From Mobula hypostoma (lineage: Eukaryota), in the NCBI RefSeq assembly GCF_963921235.1, contig NC_086097.1, forward strand, positions 100,566,001 to 100,630,000: a stretch of 64,000 nucleotides of DNA. Direction: 5' to 3'. Every line of letters begins with the position of its first letter. Position 1 is the first letter of the stretch. Of the stretch, positions 27,601-42,600 are shown piece after piece. The notes beneath the pieces were generated by a model. That model was not told where the DNA came from, did no database searches, and saw only the letters and a list, made by a program, of their open reading frames with translations. Made by a program: the position numbers and the translations under genes.

Positions 27601-30600
27601 ACTGTTCAATCACACCGACACCCTTTCTCCCATTCCACAGTGAGATTACTGTTCAATCACACCGACACCCTTTCTCCCATTCCACAGTGAGATTACTGTT
27701 CAATCACACCGACACCCTTTCTCCCATTCCACAGTGAGATTACTGTTCAATCACACCGACACCCTTTCTCCCATTCCACAGTGAGATTACTGTTCAATCA
27801 CACCGACACCCTTTCTCCCATTCCACAGTGAGATTACTGTTCAATCACACCGACACCCTTTCTCCCATTCCACAGTGAGATTACTGTTCAATCACACCGA
27901 CACCCTTTCTCCCATTCCACAGTGAGATTACTGTTCAATCACACCGACACCCTTTCTCCCATTCCACAGTGAGATTACTGTTCAATCACACCGACACCCT
28001 TTCTCCCATTCCACAGTGAGATTACTGTTCAATCACACCGACACCCTTTCTCCCATTCCACAGTGAGATTACTGTTCAATCACACCGACACCCTTTCTCC
28101 CATTCCACAGTGAGATTACTGTTCAATCACACCGACACCCTTTCTCCCATTCCACAGTGAGATTACTGTTCAATCACACCGACACCCTTTCTCCCATTCC
28201 ACAGTGAGATTACTGTTCAATCACACCGACACCCTTTCTCCCATTCCACAGTGAGATTACTGTTCAATCACACGACACCCTTTCTCCCATTCCACAGTGA
28301 GATTACTGTTCAATCACACGACCCCATTCCACATCAGAGATTACAATCACCCACACTTTCTCCCATTCCACAGTGAGATTACTGTTCAATCACACCGACA
28401 CCCTTTCTCCCATTCCACAGTGAGATTACTGTTCAATCACACCGACACCCTTTCTCCCATTCCACAGTGAGATTACTGTTCAATCACACCGACACCCTTT
28501 CTCCCATTCCACAGTGAGATTACTGTTCAATCACACCGACACCCTTTCTCCCATTCCACAGTGAGATTACTGTTCAATCACACCGACACCTTTCTCCCAT
28601 TCCACAGTGAGATTACTGTTCAATCACACCGACACCCTTTCTCCCATTCCACAGTGAGATTACTGTTCAATCACACCGACACCCTTTCTCCCATTCCACA
28701 GTGAGATTACTGTTCAATCACACCGACACCCTTTCTCCCATTCCACAGTGAGATTACTGTTCAATCACACCGACACCCTTTCTCCCATTCCACAGTGAGA
28801 TTACTGTTCAATCACACCGACACCCTTTCTCCCATTCCACAGTGAGATTACTGTTCAATCACACCGACACCCTTTCTCCCATTCCACAGTGAGATTACTG
28901 TTCAATCACACCGACACCCTTTCTCCCATTCCACAGTGAGATTACTGTTCAATCACACCGACACCCTTTCTCCCATTCCACAGTGAGATTACTGTTCAAT
29001 CACACCGACACCCTTTCTCCCATTCCACAGTGAGATTACTGTTCAATCACACCGACACCCTTTCTCCCATTCCACAGTGAGATTACTGTTCAATCACACC
29101 GACACCCTTTCTCCCATTCCACAGTGAGATTACTGTTCAATTAAACCGACAACCTTTCTCCCACTGCACAGTGCGATTACTTTCAATCACACCGACACCC
29201 TTTCTCCCATTCCACAGTGAGATTACTGTTCAATCACACCGACACCCTTTCTCCCATTCCACAGTGAGATTACTGTTCAATCACACCGACACCCTTTCTC
29301 CCATTCCACAGTGAGATTACTGTTCAATCACACCGACACCCTTTCTCCCATTCCACAGTGAGATTACTGTTCAATCACACCGACACCCTTTCTCCCATTC
29401 CACAGTGAGATTACTGTTCAATCACACCGACACCCTTTCTCCCATTCCACAGTGAGATTACTGTTCAATCACACCAACACCCTTTCTCCCATTCCACAGT
29501 GAGATTACTGTTCAATCACACCGACACCCTTTCTCCCATTCCACAGTGAGATTACTGTTCAATCACACCGACACCCTTTCTCCCATTCCACAGTGAGATT
29601 ACTGTTCAATCACACCGACACCCTTTCTCCCATTCCACAGTGAGATTACTGTTCAATCACACCGACACCCTTTCTCCCATTCCACAGTGAGATTACTGTT
29701 CAATCACACCGACACCCTTTCTCCCATTCCACAGTGAGATTACTGTTCAATCACACCGACACCCTTTCTCCCATTCCACAGTGAGATTACTGTTCAATCA
29801 CACCGACACCCTTTCTCCCATTCCACAGTGAGATTACTGTTCAATCACACCGACACCCTTTCTCCCATTCCACAGTGAGATTACTGTTCAATCACACCGA
29901 CACCCTTTCTCCCATTCCACAGTGAGATTACTGTTCAATCACACCGACACCCTTTCTCCCATTCCACAGTGAGATTACTGTTCAATCACACCGACACCCT
30001 TTCTCCCATTCCACAGTGAGATTACTGTTCAATCACACGACACCCTTTCTCCCATTCCACAGTGAGATTACTGTTCAATCACACCGACACCCTTTCTCCC
30101 ATTCCACAGTGAGATTACTGTTCAATCACACCGACACCCTTTCTCCCATTCCACAGTGAGATTACTGTTCAATCACACCGACACCCTTTCTCCCATTCCA
30201 CAGTGAGATTACTGTTCAATCACACCGACACCCTTTCTCCCATTCCACAGTGAGATTACTGTTCAATCACACCGACACCCTTTCTCCCATTCCACAGTGA
30301 GATTACTGTTCAATCACACCGACACCCTTTCTCCCATTCCACAGTGAGATTACTGTTCAATCACACCGACACCCTTTCTCCCATTCCACAGTGAGATTAC
30401 TGTTCAATCACACCGACACCCTTTCTCCCATTCCACAGTGAGATTACTGTTCAATCACACCGACACCCTTTCTCCCATTCCACAGTGAGATTACTGTTCA
30501 ATCACACCGACACCCTTTCTCCCATTCCACAGTGAGATTACTGTTCAATCACACCGACACCCTTTCTCCCATTCCACAGTGAGATTACTGTTCAATCACA

Positions 30601-33600
30601 CCGACACCCTTTCTCCCATTCCACAGTGAGATTACTGTTCAATCACACCGACACCCTTTCTCCCATTCCACAGTGAGATTACTGTTCAATCACACCGACA
30701 CCCTTTCTCCCATTCCACAGTGAGATTACTGTTCAATCACACCGACACCCTTTCTCCCATTCCACAGTGAGATTACTGTTCAATCACACCGACACCCTTT
30801 CTCCCATTCCACAGTGAGATTACTGTTCAATCACACCGACACCCTTTCTCCCATTCCACAGTGAGATTACTGTTCAATCACACCGACACCCTTTCTCCCA
30901 TTCCACAGTGAGATTACTGTTCAATCACACCGACACCCTTTCTCCCATTCCACAGTGAGATTACTGTTCAATCACACCGACACCCTTTCTCCCATTCCAC
31001 AGTGAGATTACTGTTCAATCACACCGACACCCTTTCTCCCATTCCACAGTGAGATTACTGTTCAATCACACCGACACCCTTTCTCCCATTCCACAGTGAG
31101 ATTACTGTTCAATCACACCGACACCCTTTCTCCCATTCCACAGTGAGATTACTGTTCAATCACACCGACACCCTTTCTCCCATTCCACAGTGAGATTACT
31201 GTTCAATCACACCGACACCCTTTCTCCCATTCCACAGTGAGATTACTGTTCAATCACACCGACACCCTTTCTCCCATTCCACAGTGAGATTACTGTTCAA
31301 TCACACCGACACCCTTTCTCCCATTCCACAGTGAGATTACTGTTCAATCACACCGACACCCTTTCTCCCATTCCACAGTGAGATTACTGTTCAATCACAC
31401 CGACACCCTTTCTCCCATTCCACAGTGAGATTACTGTTCAATCACACCGACACCCTTTCTCCCATTCCACAGTGAGATTACTGTTCAATCACACCGACAC
31501 CCTTTCTCCCATTCCACAGTGAGATTACTGTTCAATCACACCGACACCCTTTCTCCCATTCCACAGTGAGATTACTGTTCAATCACACCGACACCCTTTC
31601 TCCCATTCCACAGTGAGATTACTGTTCAATCACACCGACACCCTTTCTCCCATTCCACAGTGAGATTACTGTTCAATCACACCGACACCCTTTCTCCCAT
31701 TCCACAGTGAGATTACTGTTCAATCACACCGACACCCTTTCTCCCATTCCACAGTGAGATTACTGTTCAATCACACCGACACCCTTTCTCCCATTCCACA
31801 GTGAGATTACTGTTCAATCACACCGACACCCTTTCTCCCATTCCACAGTGAGATTACTGTTCAATCACACCGACACCCTTTCTCCCATTCCACAGTGAGA
31901 TTACTGTTCAATCACACCGACACCCTTTCTCCCATTCCACAGTGAGATTACTGTTCAATCACACCGACACCCTTTCTCCCATTCCACAGTGAGATTACTG
32001 TTCAATCACACCGACACCCTTTCTCCCATTCCACAGTGAGATTACTGTTCAATCACACCGACACCCTTTCTCCCATTCCACAGTGAGATTACTGTTCAAT
32101 CACACCGACACCCTTTCTCCCATTCCACAGTGAGATTACTGTTCAATCACACCGACACCCTTTCTCCCATTCCACAGTGAGATTACTGTTCAATCACACC
32201 GACACCCTTTCTCCCATTCCACAGTGAGATTACTGTTCAATCACACCGACACCCTTTCTCCCATTCCACAGTGAGATTACTGTTCAATCACACCGACACC
32301 CTTTCTCCCATTCCACAGTGAGATTACTGTTCAATCACACCGACACCCTTTCTCCCATTCCACAGTGAGATTACTGTTCAATCACACCGACACCCTTTCT
32401 CCCATTCCACAGTGAGATTACTGTTCAATCACACCGACACCCTTTCTCCCATTCCACAGTGAGATTACTGTTCAATCACACCGACACCCTTTCTCCCATT
32501 CCACAGTGAGATTACTGTTCAATCACACCGACACCCTTTCTCCCATTCCACAGTGAGATTACTGTTCAATCACACCGACACCCTTTCTCCCATTCCACAG
32601 TGAGATTACTGTTCAATCACACCGACACCCTTTCTCCCATTCCACAGTGAGATTACTGTTCAATCACACCGACACCCTTTCTCCCATTCCACAGTGAGAT
32701 TACTGTTCAATCACACCGACACCCTTTCTCCCATTCCACAGTGAGATTACTGTTCAATCACACCGACACCCTTTCTCCCATTCCACAGTGAGATTACTGT
32801 TCAATCACACCGACACCCTTTCTCCCATTCCACAGTGAGATTACTGTTCAATCACACCGACACCCTTTCTCCCATTCCACAGTGAGATTACTGTTCAATC
32901 ACACCGACACCCTTTCTCCCATTCCACAGTGAGATTACTGTTCAATCACACCGACACCCTTTCTCCCATTCCACAGTGAGATTACTGTTCAATCACACCG
33001 ACACCCTTTCTCCCATTCCACAGTGAGATTACTGTTCAATCACACCGACACCCTTTCTCCCATTCCACAGTGAGATTACTGTTCAATCACACCGACACCC
33101 TTTCTCCCATTCCACAGTGAGATTACTGTTCAATCACACCGACACCCTTTCTCCCATTCCACAGTGAGATTACTGTTCAATCACACCGACACCCTTTCTC
33201 CCATTCCACAGTGAGATTACTGTTCAATCACACCGACACCCTTTCTCCCATTCCACAGTGAGATTACTGTTCAATCACACCGACACCCTTTCTCCCATTC
33301 CACAGTGAGATTACTGTTCAATCACACCGACACCCTTTCTCCCATTCCACAGTGAGATTACTGTTCAATCACACCGACACCCTTTCTCCCATTCCACAGT
33401 GAGATTACTGTTCAATCACACCGACACCCTTTCTCCCATTCCACAGTGAGATTACTGTTCAATCACACCGACACCCTTTCTCCCATTCCACAGTGAGATT
33501 ACTGTTCAATCACACCGACACCCTTTCTCCCATTCCACAGTGAGATTACTGTTCAATCACACCGACACCCTTTCTCCCATTCCACAGTGAGATTACTGTT

Positions 33601-36600
33601 CAATCACACCGACACCCTTTCTCCCATTCCACAGTGAGATTACTGTTCAATCACACCGACACCCTTTCTCCCATTCCACAGTGAGATTACTGTTCAATCA
33701 CACCGACACCCTTTCTCCCATTCCACAGTGAGATTACTGTTCAATCACACCGACACCCTTTCTCCCATTCCACAGTGAGATTACTGTTCAATCACACCGA
33801 CACCCTTTCTCCCATTCCACAGTGAGATTACTGTTCAATCACACCGACACCCTTTCTCCCATTCCACAGTGAGATTACTGTTCAATCACACCGACACCCT
33901 TTCTCCCATTCCACAGTGAGATTACTGTTCAATCACACCGACACCCTTTCTCCCATTCCACAGTGAGATTACTGTTCAATCACACCGACACCCTTTCTCC
34001 CATTCCACAGTGAGATTACTGTTCAATCACACCGACACCCTTTCTCCCATTCCACAGTGAGATTACTGTTCAATCACACCGACACCCTTTCTCCCATTCC
34101 ACAGTGAGATTACTGTTCAATCACACCGACACCCTTTCTCCCATTCCACAGTGAGATTACTGTTCAATCACACCGACACCCTTTCTCCCATTCCACAGTG
34201 AGATTACTGTTCAATCACACCGACACCCTTTCTCCCATTCCACAGTGAGATTACTGTTCAATCACACCGACACCCTTTCTCCCATTCCACAGTGAGATTA
34301 CTGTTCAATCACACCGACACCCTTTCTCCCATTCCACAGTGAGATTACTGTTCAATCACACCGACACCCTTTCTCCCATTCCACAGTGAGATTACTGTTC
34401 AATCACACCGACACCCTTTCTCCCATTCCACAGTGAGATTACTGTTCAATCACACCGACACCCTTTCTCCCATTCCACAGTGAGATTACTGTTCAATCAC
34501 ACCGACACCCTTTCTCCCATTCCACAGTGAGATTACTGTTCAATCACACCGACACCCTTTCTCCCATTCCACAGTGAGATTACTGTTCAATCACACCGAC
34601 ACCCTTTCTCCCATTCCACAGTGAGATTACTGTTCAATCACACCGACACCCTTTCTCCCATTCCACAGTGAGATTACTGTTCAATCACACCGACACCCTT
34701 TCTCCCATTCCACAGTGAGATTACTGTTCAATCACACCGACACCCTTTCTCCCATTCCACAGTGAGATTACTGTTCAATCACACCGACACCCTTTCTCCC
34801 ATTCCACAGTGAGATTACTGTTCAATCACACCGACACCCTTTCTCCCATTCCACAGTGAGATTACTGTTCAATCACACCGACACCCTTTCTCCCATTCCA
34901 CAGTGAGATTACTGTTCAATCACACCGACACCCTTTCTCCCATTCCACAGTGAGATTACTGTTCAATCACACCGACACCCTTTCTCCCATTCCACAGTGA
35001 GATTACTGTTCAATCACACCGACACCCTTTCTCCCATTCCACAGTGAGATTACTGTTCAATCACACCGACACCCTTTCTCCCATTCCACAGTGAGATTAC
35101 TGTTCAATCACACCGACACCCTTTCTCCCATTCCACAGTGAGATTACTGTTCAATCACACCGACACCCTTTCTCCCATTCCACAGTGAGATTACTGTTCA
35201 ATCACACCGACACCCTTTCTCCCATTCCACAGTGAGATTACTGTTCAATCACACCGACACCCTTTCTCCCATTCCACAGTGAGATTACTGTTCAATCACA
35301 CCGACACCCTTTCTCCCATTCCACAGTGAGATTACTGTTCAATCACACCGACACCCTTTCTCCCATTCCACAGTGAGATTACTGTTCAATCACACCGACA
35401 CCCTTTCTCCCATTCCACAGTGAGATTACTGTTCAATCACACCGACACCCTTTCTCCCATTCCACAGTGAGATTACTGTTCAATCACACCGACACCCTTT
35501 CTCCCATTCCACAGTGAGATTACTGTTCAATCACACCGACACCCTTTCTCCCATTCCACAGTGAGATTACTGTTCAATCACACCGACACCCTTTCTCCCA
35601 TTCCACAGTGAGATTACTGTTCAATCACACCGACACCCTTTCTCCCATTCCACAGTGAGATTACTGTTCAATCACACCGACACCCTTTCTCCCATTCCAC
35701 AGTGAGATTACTGTTCAATCACACCGACACCCTTTCTCCCATTCCACAGTGAGATTACTGTTCAATCACACCGACACCCTTTCTCCCATTCCACAGTGAG
35801 ATTACTGTTCAATCACACCGACACCCTTTCTCCCATTCCACAGTGAGATTACTGTTCAATCACACCGACACCCTTTCTCCCATTCCACAGTGAGATTACT
35901 GTTCAATCACACCGACACCCTTTCTCCCATTCCACAGTGAGATTACTGTTCAATCACACCGACACCCTTTCTCCCATTCCACAGTGAGATTACTGTTCAA
36001 TCACACCGACACCCTTTCTCCCATTCCACAGTGAGATTACTGTTCAATCACACCGACACCCTTTCTCCCATTCCACAGTGAGATTACTGTTCAATCACAC
36101 CGACACCCTTTCTCCCATTCCACAGTGAGATTACTGTTCAATCACACCGACACCCTTTCTCCCATTCCACAGTGAGATTACTGTTCAATCACACCGACAC
36201 CCTTTCTCCCATTCCACAGTGAGATTACTGTTCAATCACACCGACACCCTTTCTCCCATTCCACAGTGAGATTACTGTTGAATCACACCAACACACTTAC
36301 TCCCATTCCACAGTGAGATTACTGTTCAATCACACCGACACCCTTTCTCCCATTCCACAGTGAGATTACTGTTCAATCACACCGACACCCTTTCTCCCAT
36401 TCCACAGTGAGATTACAGTTCAATCACACCGACACCCTTTCTCCCATTCCACAGTGAGATTACTGTTCAATCACACCGACACCCTTTCTCCCATTCCACA
36501 GTGAGATTACTGTTCAATCACACCGACACCCTTTCTCCCATTCCACAGTGAGATTACTGTTCAATCACACCGACACCCTTTCTCCCATTCCACAGTGAGA

Positions 36601-39600
36601 TTACTGTTCAATCACACCGACACCCTTTCTCCCATTCCACAGTGAGATTACTGTTCAATCACACCGACACCCTTTCTCCCATTCCACAGTGAGATTACTG
36701 TTCAATCACACCGACACCCTTTCTCCCATTCCACAGTGAGATTACTGTTCAATCACACCGACACCCTTTCTCCCATTCCACAGTGAGATTACTGTTCAAT
36801 CACACCGACACCCTTTCTCCCATTCCACAGTGAGATTACTGTTCAATCACACCGACACCCTTTCTCCCATTCCACAGTGAGATTACTGTTCAATCACACC
36901 GACACCCTTTCTCCCATTCCACAGTGAGATTACTGTTCAATCACACCGACACCCTTTCTCCCATTCCACAGTGAGATTACTGTTCAATCACACCGACACC
37001 CTTTCTCCCATTCCACAGTGAGATTACTGTTCAATCACACCGACACCCTTTCTCCCATTCCACAGTGAGATTACTGTTCAATCACACCGACACCCTTTCT
37101 CCCATTCCACAGTGAGATTACTGTTCAATCACACCGACACCCTTTCTCCCATTCCACAGTGAGATTACTGTTCAATCACACCGACACCCTTTCTCCCATT
37201 CCACAGTGAGATTACTGTTCAATCACACCACACCCTTTCTCCCATTCCACAGTGAGATTACTGTTCAATCACACCGACACCCTTTCTCCCATTCCACAGT
37301 GAGATTACTGTTCAATCACACCGACACCCTTTCTCCCATTCCACAGTGAGATTACTGTTCAATCACACCGACACCCTTTCTCCCATTCCACAGTGAGATT
37401 ACTGTTCAATCACACCGACACCCTTTCTCCCATTCCACAGTGAGATTACTGTTCAATCACACCGACACCCTTTCTCCCATTCCACAGTGAGATTACTGTT
37501 CAATCACACCGACACCCTTTCTCCCATTCCACAGTGAGATTACTGTTCAATCACACCGACACCCTTTCTCCCATTCCACAGTGAGATTACTGTTCAATCA
37601 CACCGACACCCTTTCTCCCATTCCACAGTGAGATTACTGTTCAATCACACCGACACCCTTTCTCCCATTCCACAGTGAGATTACTGTTCAATCACACCGA
37701 CACCCTTTCTCCCATTCCACAGTGAGATTACTGTTCAATCACACCGACACCCTTTCTCCCATTCCACAGTGAGATTACTGTTCAATCACATCGACCCTTT
37801 CTCCCATTCCACAGTGAGATTACTGTTCAATCACACCGACACCCTTTCTCCCATTCCACAGTGAGATTACTGTTCAATCACACCACCCTTTCTCCCATTC
37901 CACAGTGAGATTACTGTTCAATCACACCGACACCCTTTCTCCCATTCCACAGTGAGATTACTGTTCAATCACACCGACACCCTTTCTCCCATTCCACAGT
38001 GAGATTACTGTTCAATCACACCGACACCCTTTCTCCCATTCCACAGTGAGATTACTGTTCAATCACACCGACACCCTTTCTCCCATTCCACAGTGAGATT
38101 ACTGTTCAATCACACCGACACCCTTTCTCCCATTCCACAGTGAGATTACTGTTCAATCACACCGACACCCTTTCTCCCATTCCACAGTGAGATTACTGTT
38201 CAATCACACCGACACCCTTTCTCCCATTCCACAGTGAGATTACTGTTCAATCACACCGACACCCTTTCTCCCATTCCACAGTGAGATTACTGTTCAATCA
38301 CACCGACACCCTTTCTCCCATTCCACAGTGAGATTACTGTTCAATCACACCGACACCCTTTCTCCCATTCCACAGTGAGATTACTGTTCAATCACACCGA
38401 CACCCTTTCTCCCATTCCACAGTGAGATTACTGTTCAATCACACCGACACCCTTTCTCCCATTCCACAGTGAGATTACTGTTCAATCACACCGACACCCT
38501 TTCTCCCATTCCACAGTGAGATTACTGTTCAATCACACCGACACCCTTTCTCCCATTCCACAGTGAGATTACTGTTCAATCACACCGACACCCTTTCTCC
38601 CATTCCACAGTGAGATTACTGTTCAATCACACCGACACCCTTTCTCCCATTCCACAGTGAGATTACTGTTCAATCACACCGACACCCTTTCTCCCATTCC
38701 ACAGTGAGATTACTGTTCAATCACACCGACACCCTTTCTCCCATTCCACAGTGAGATTACTGTTCAATCACACCGACACCCTTTCTCCCATTCCACAGTG
38801 AGATTACTGTTCAATCACACCGACACCCTTTCTCCCATTCCACAGTGAGATTACTGTTCAATCACACCGACACCCTTTCTCCCATTCCACAGTGAGATTA
38901 CTGTTCAATCACACCGACACCCTTTCTCCCATTCCACAGTGAGATTACTGTTCAATCACACCGACACCCTTTCTCCCATTCCACAGTGAGATTACTGTTC
39001 AATCACACCGACACCCTTTCTCCCATTCCACAGTGAGATTACTGTTCAATCACACCGACACCCTTTCTCCCATTCCACAGTGAGATTACTGTTCAATCAC
39101 ACCGACACCCTTTCTCCCATTCCACAGTGAGATTACTGTTCAATCACACCGACACCCTTTCTCCCATTCCACAGTGAGATTACTGTTCAATCACACCGAC
39201 ACCCTTTCTCCCATTCCACAGTGAGATTACTGTTCAATCACACCGACACCCTTTCTCCCATTCCACAGTGAGATTACTGTTCAATCACACCGACACCCTT
39301 TCTCCCATTCCACAGTGAGATTACTGTTCAATCACACCGACACCCTTTCTCCCATTCCACAGTGAGATTACTGTTCAATCACACCGACACCCTTTCTCCC
39401 ATTCCACAGTGAGATTACTGTTCAATCACACCGACACCCTTTCTCCCATTCCACAGTGAGATTACTGTTCAATCACACCGACACCCTTTCTCCCATTCCA
39501 CAGTGAGATTACTGTTCAATCACACCGACACCCTTTCTCCCATTCCACAGTGAGATTACTGTTCAATCACACCGACACCCTTTCTCCCATTCCACAGTGA

Positions 39601-42600
39601 GATTACTGTTCAATCACACCGACACCCTTTCTCCCATTCCACAGTGAGATTACTGTTCAATCACACCGACACCCTTTCTCCCATTCCACAGTGAGATTAC
39701 TGTTCAATCACACCGACACCCTTTCTCCCATTCCACAGTGAGATTACTGTTCAATCACACCGACACCCTTTCTCCCATTCCACAGTGAGATTACTGTTCA
39801 ATCACACCGACACCCTTTCTCCCATTCCACAGTGAGATTACTGTTCAATCACACCGACACCCTTTCTCCCATTCCACAGTGAGATTACTGTTCAATCACA
39901 CCGACACCCTTTCTCCCATTCCACAGTGAGATTACTGTTCAATCACACCGACACCCTTTCTCCCATTCCACAGTGAGATTACTGTTCAATCACACCGACA
40001 CCCTTTCTCCCATTCCACAGTGAGATTACTGTTCAATCACACCGACACCCTTTCTCCCATTCCACAGTGAGATTACTGTTCAATCACACCGACACCCTTT
40101 CTCCCATTCCACAGTGAGATTACTGTTCAATCACACCGACACCCTTTCTCCCATTCCACAGTGAGATTACTGTTCAATCACACCGACACCCTTTCTCCCA
40201 TTCCACAGTGAGATTACTGTTCAATCACACCGACACCCTTTCTCCCATTCCACAGTGAGATTACTGTTCAATCACACCGACACCCTTTCTCCCATTCCAC
40301 AGTGAGATTACTGTTCAATCACACCGACACCCTTTCTCCCATTCCACAGTGAGATTACTGTTCAATCACACCGACACCCTTTCTCCCATTCCACAGTGAG
40401 ATTACTGTTCAATCACACCGACACCCTTTCTCCCATTCCACAGTGAGATTACTGTTCAATCACACCGACACCCTTTCTCCCATTCCACAGTGAGATTACT
40501 GTTCAATCACACCGACACCCTTTCTCCCATTCCACAGTGAGATTACTGTTCAATCACACCGACACCCTTTCTCCCATTCCACAGTGAGATTACTGTTCAA
40601 TCACACCGACACCCTTTCTCCCATTCCACAGTGAGATTACTGTTCAATCACACCGACACCCTTTCTCCCATTCCACAGTGAGATTACTGTTCAATCACAC
40701 CGACACCCTTTCTCCCATTCCACAGTGAGATTACTGTTCAATCACACCGACACCCTTTCTCCCATTCCACAGTGAGATTACTGTTCAATCACACCGACAC
40801 CCTTTCTCCCATTCCACAGTGAGATTACTGTTCAATCACACCGACACCCTTTCTCCCATTCCACAGTGAGATTACTGTTCAATCACACCGACACCCTTTC
40901 TCCCATTCCACAGTGAGATTACTGTTCAATCACACCGACACCCTTTCTCCCATTCCACAGTGAGATTACTGTTCAATCACACCGACACCCTTTCTCCCAT
41001 TCCACAGTGAGATTACTGTTCAATCACACCGACACCCTTTCTCCCATTCCACAGTGAGATTACTGTTCAATCACACCGACACCCTTTCTCCCATTCCACA
41101 GTGAGATTACTGTTCAATCACACCGACACCCTTTCTCCCATTCCACAGTGAGATTACTGTTCAATCACACCGACACCCTTTCTCCCATTCCACAGTGAGA
41201 TTACTGTTCAATCACACCGACACCCTTTCTCCCATTCCACAGTGAGATTACTGTTCAATCACACCGACACCCTTTCTCCCATTCCACAGTGAGATTACTG
41301 TTCAATCACACCGACACCCTTTCTCCCATTCCACAGTGAGATTACTGTTCAATCACACCGACACCCTTTCTCCCATTCCACAGTGAGATTACTGTTCAAT
41401 CACACCGACACCCTTTCTCCCATTCCACAGTGAGATTACTGTTCAATCACACCGACACCCTTTCTCCCATTCCACAGTGAGATTACTGTTCAATCACACC
41501 GACACCCTTTCTCCCATTCCACAGTGAGATTACTGTTCAATCACACCGACACCCTTTCTCCCATTCCACAGTGAGATTACTGTTCAATCACACCGACACC
41601 CTTTCTCCCATTCCACAGTGAGATTACTGTTCAATCACACCGACACCCTTTCTCCCATTCCACAGTGAGATTACTGTTCAATCACACCGACACCCTTTCT
41701 CCCATTCCACAGTGAGATTACTGTTCAATCACACCGACACCCTTTCTCCCATTCCACAGTGAGATTACTGTTCAATCACACCGACACCCTTTCTCCCATT
41801 CCACAGTGAGATTACTGTTCAATCACACCGACACCCTTTCTCCCATTCCACAGTGAGATTACTGTTCAATCACACCGACACCCTTTCTCCCATTCCACAG
41901 TGAGATTACTGTTCAATCACACCGACACCCTTTCTCCCATTCCACAGTGAGATTACTGTTGAATCACACCAACACACTTACTCCGATTCCACAGTGAGAT
42001 TACTGTTCAATCACACCGACACCCTTTCTCCCATTCCACAGTGAGATTACTGTTGAATCACACCGACACCCTTTCTCCCATTCCACAGTGAGATTACTGT
42101 TGAATCACACCAACACACTTACTCCGATTCCACAGTGAGATTACTGTTCAATCACACCGACACCCTTTCTCCCATTTCACAGTGAGATTACTGTTGAATC
42201 CCACCAACACCCTTTCTCCCATTTCAATCACACCGACACCCTTTGTCCCATTCCACAGTGAGATTACTGTTCAATCACACCGACACCCTTTCTCCCATTT
42301 CACAGTGAGATTACTGTTGAATCACACCGACACCCTTTCTCCCATTCCACAGTGAGATTACTGTTCAATCACACCGACACCCTTTCTCCCATTCCACAGT
42401 GAGATTACTGTTCAATCACACCGACACCCTTTCTCCCATTCCACAGTGAGATTACTGTTCAATCACACCGACACCCTTTCTCCCATTCCACAGTGAGATT
42501 ACTGTTCAATCACACCGACACCCTTTCTCCCATTCCACAGTGAGATTACTGTTCAATCACACCGACACCCTTTCTCCCATTCCACAGTGAGATTACTGTT

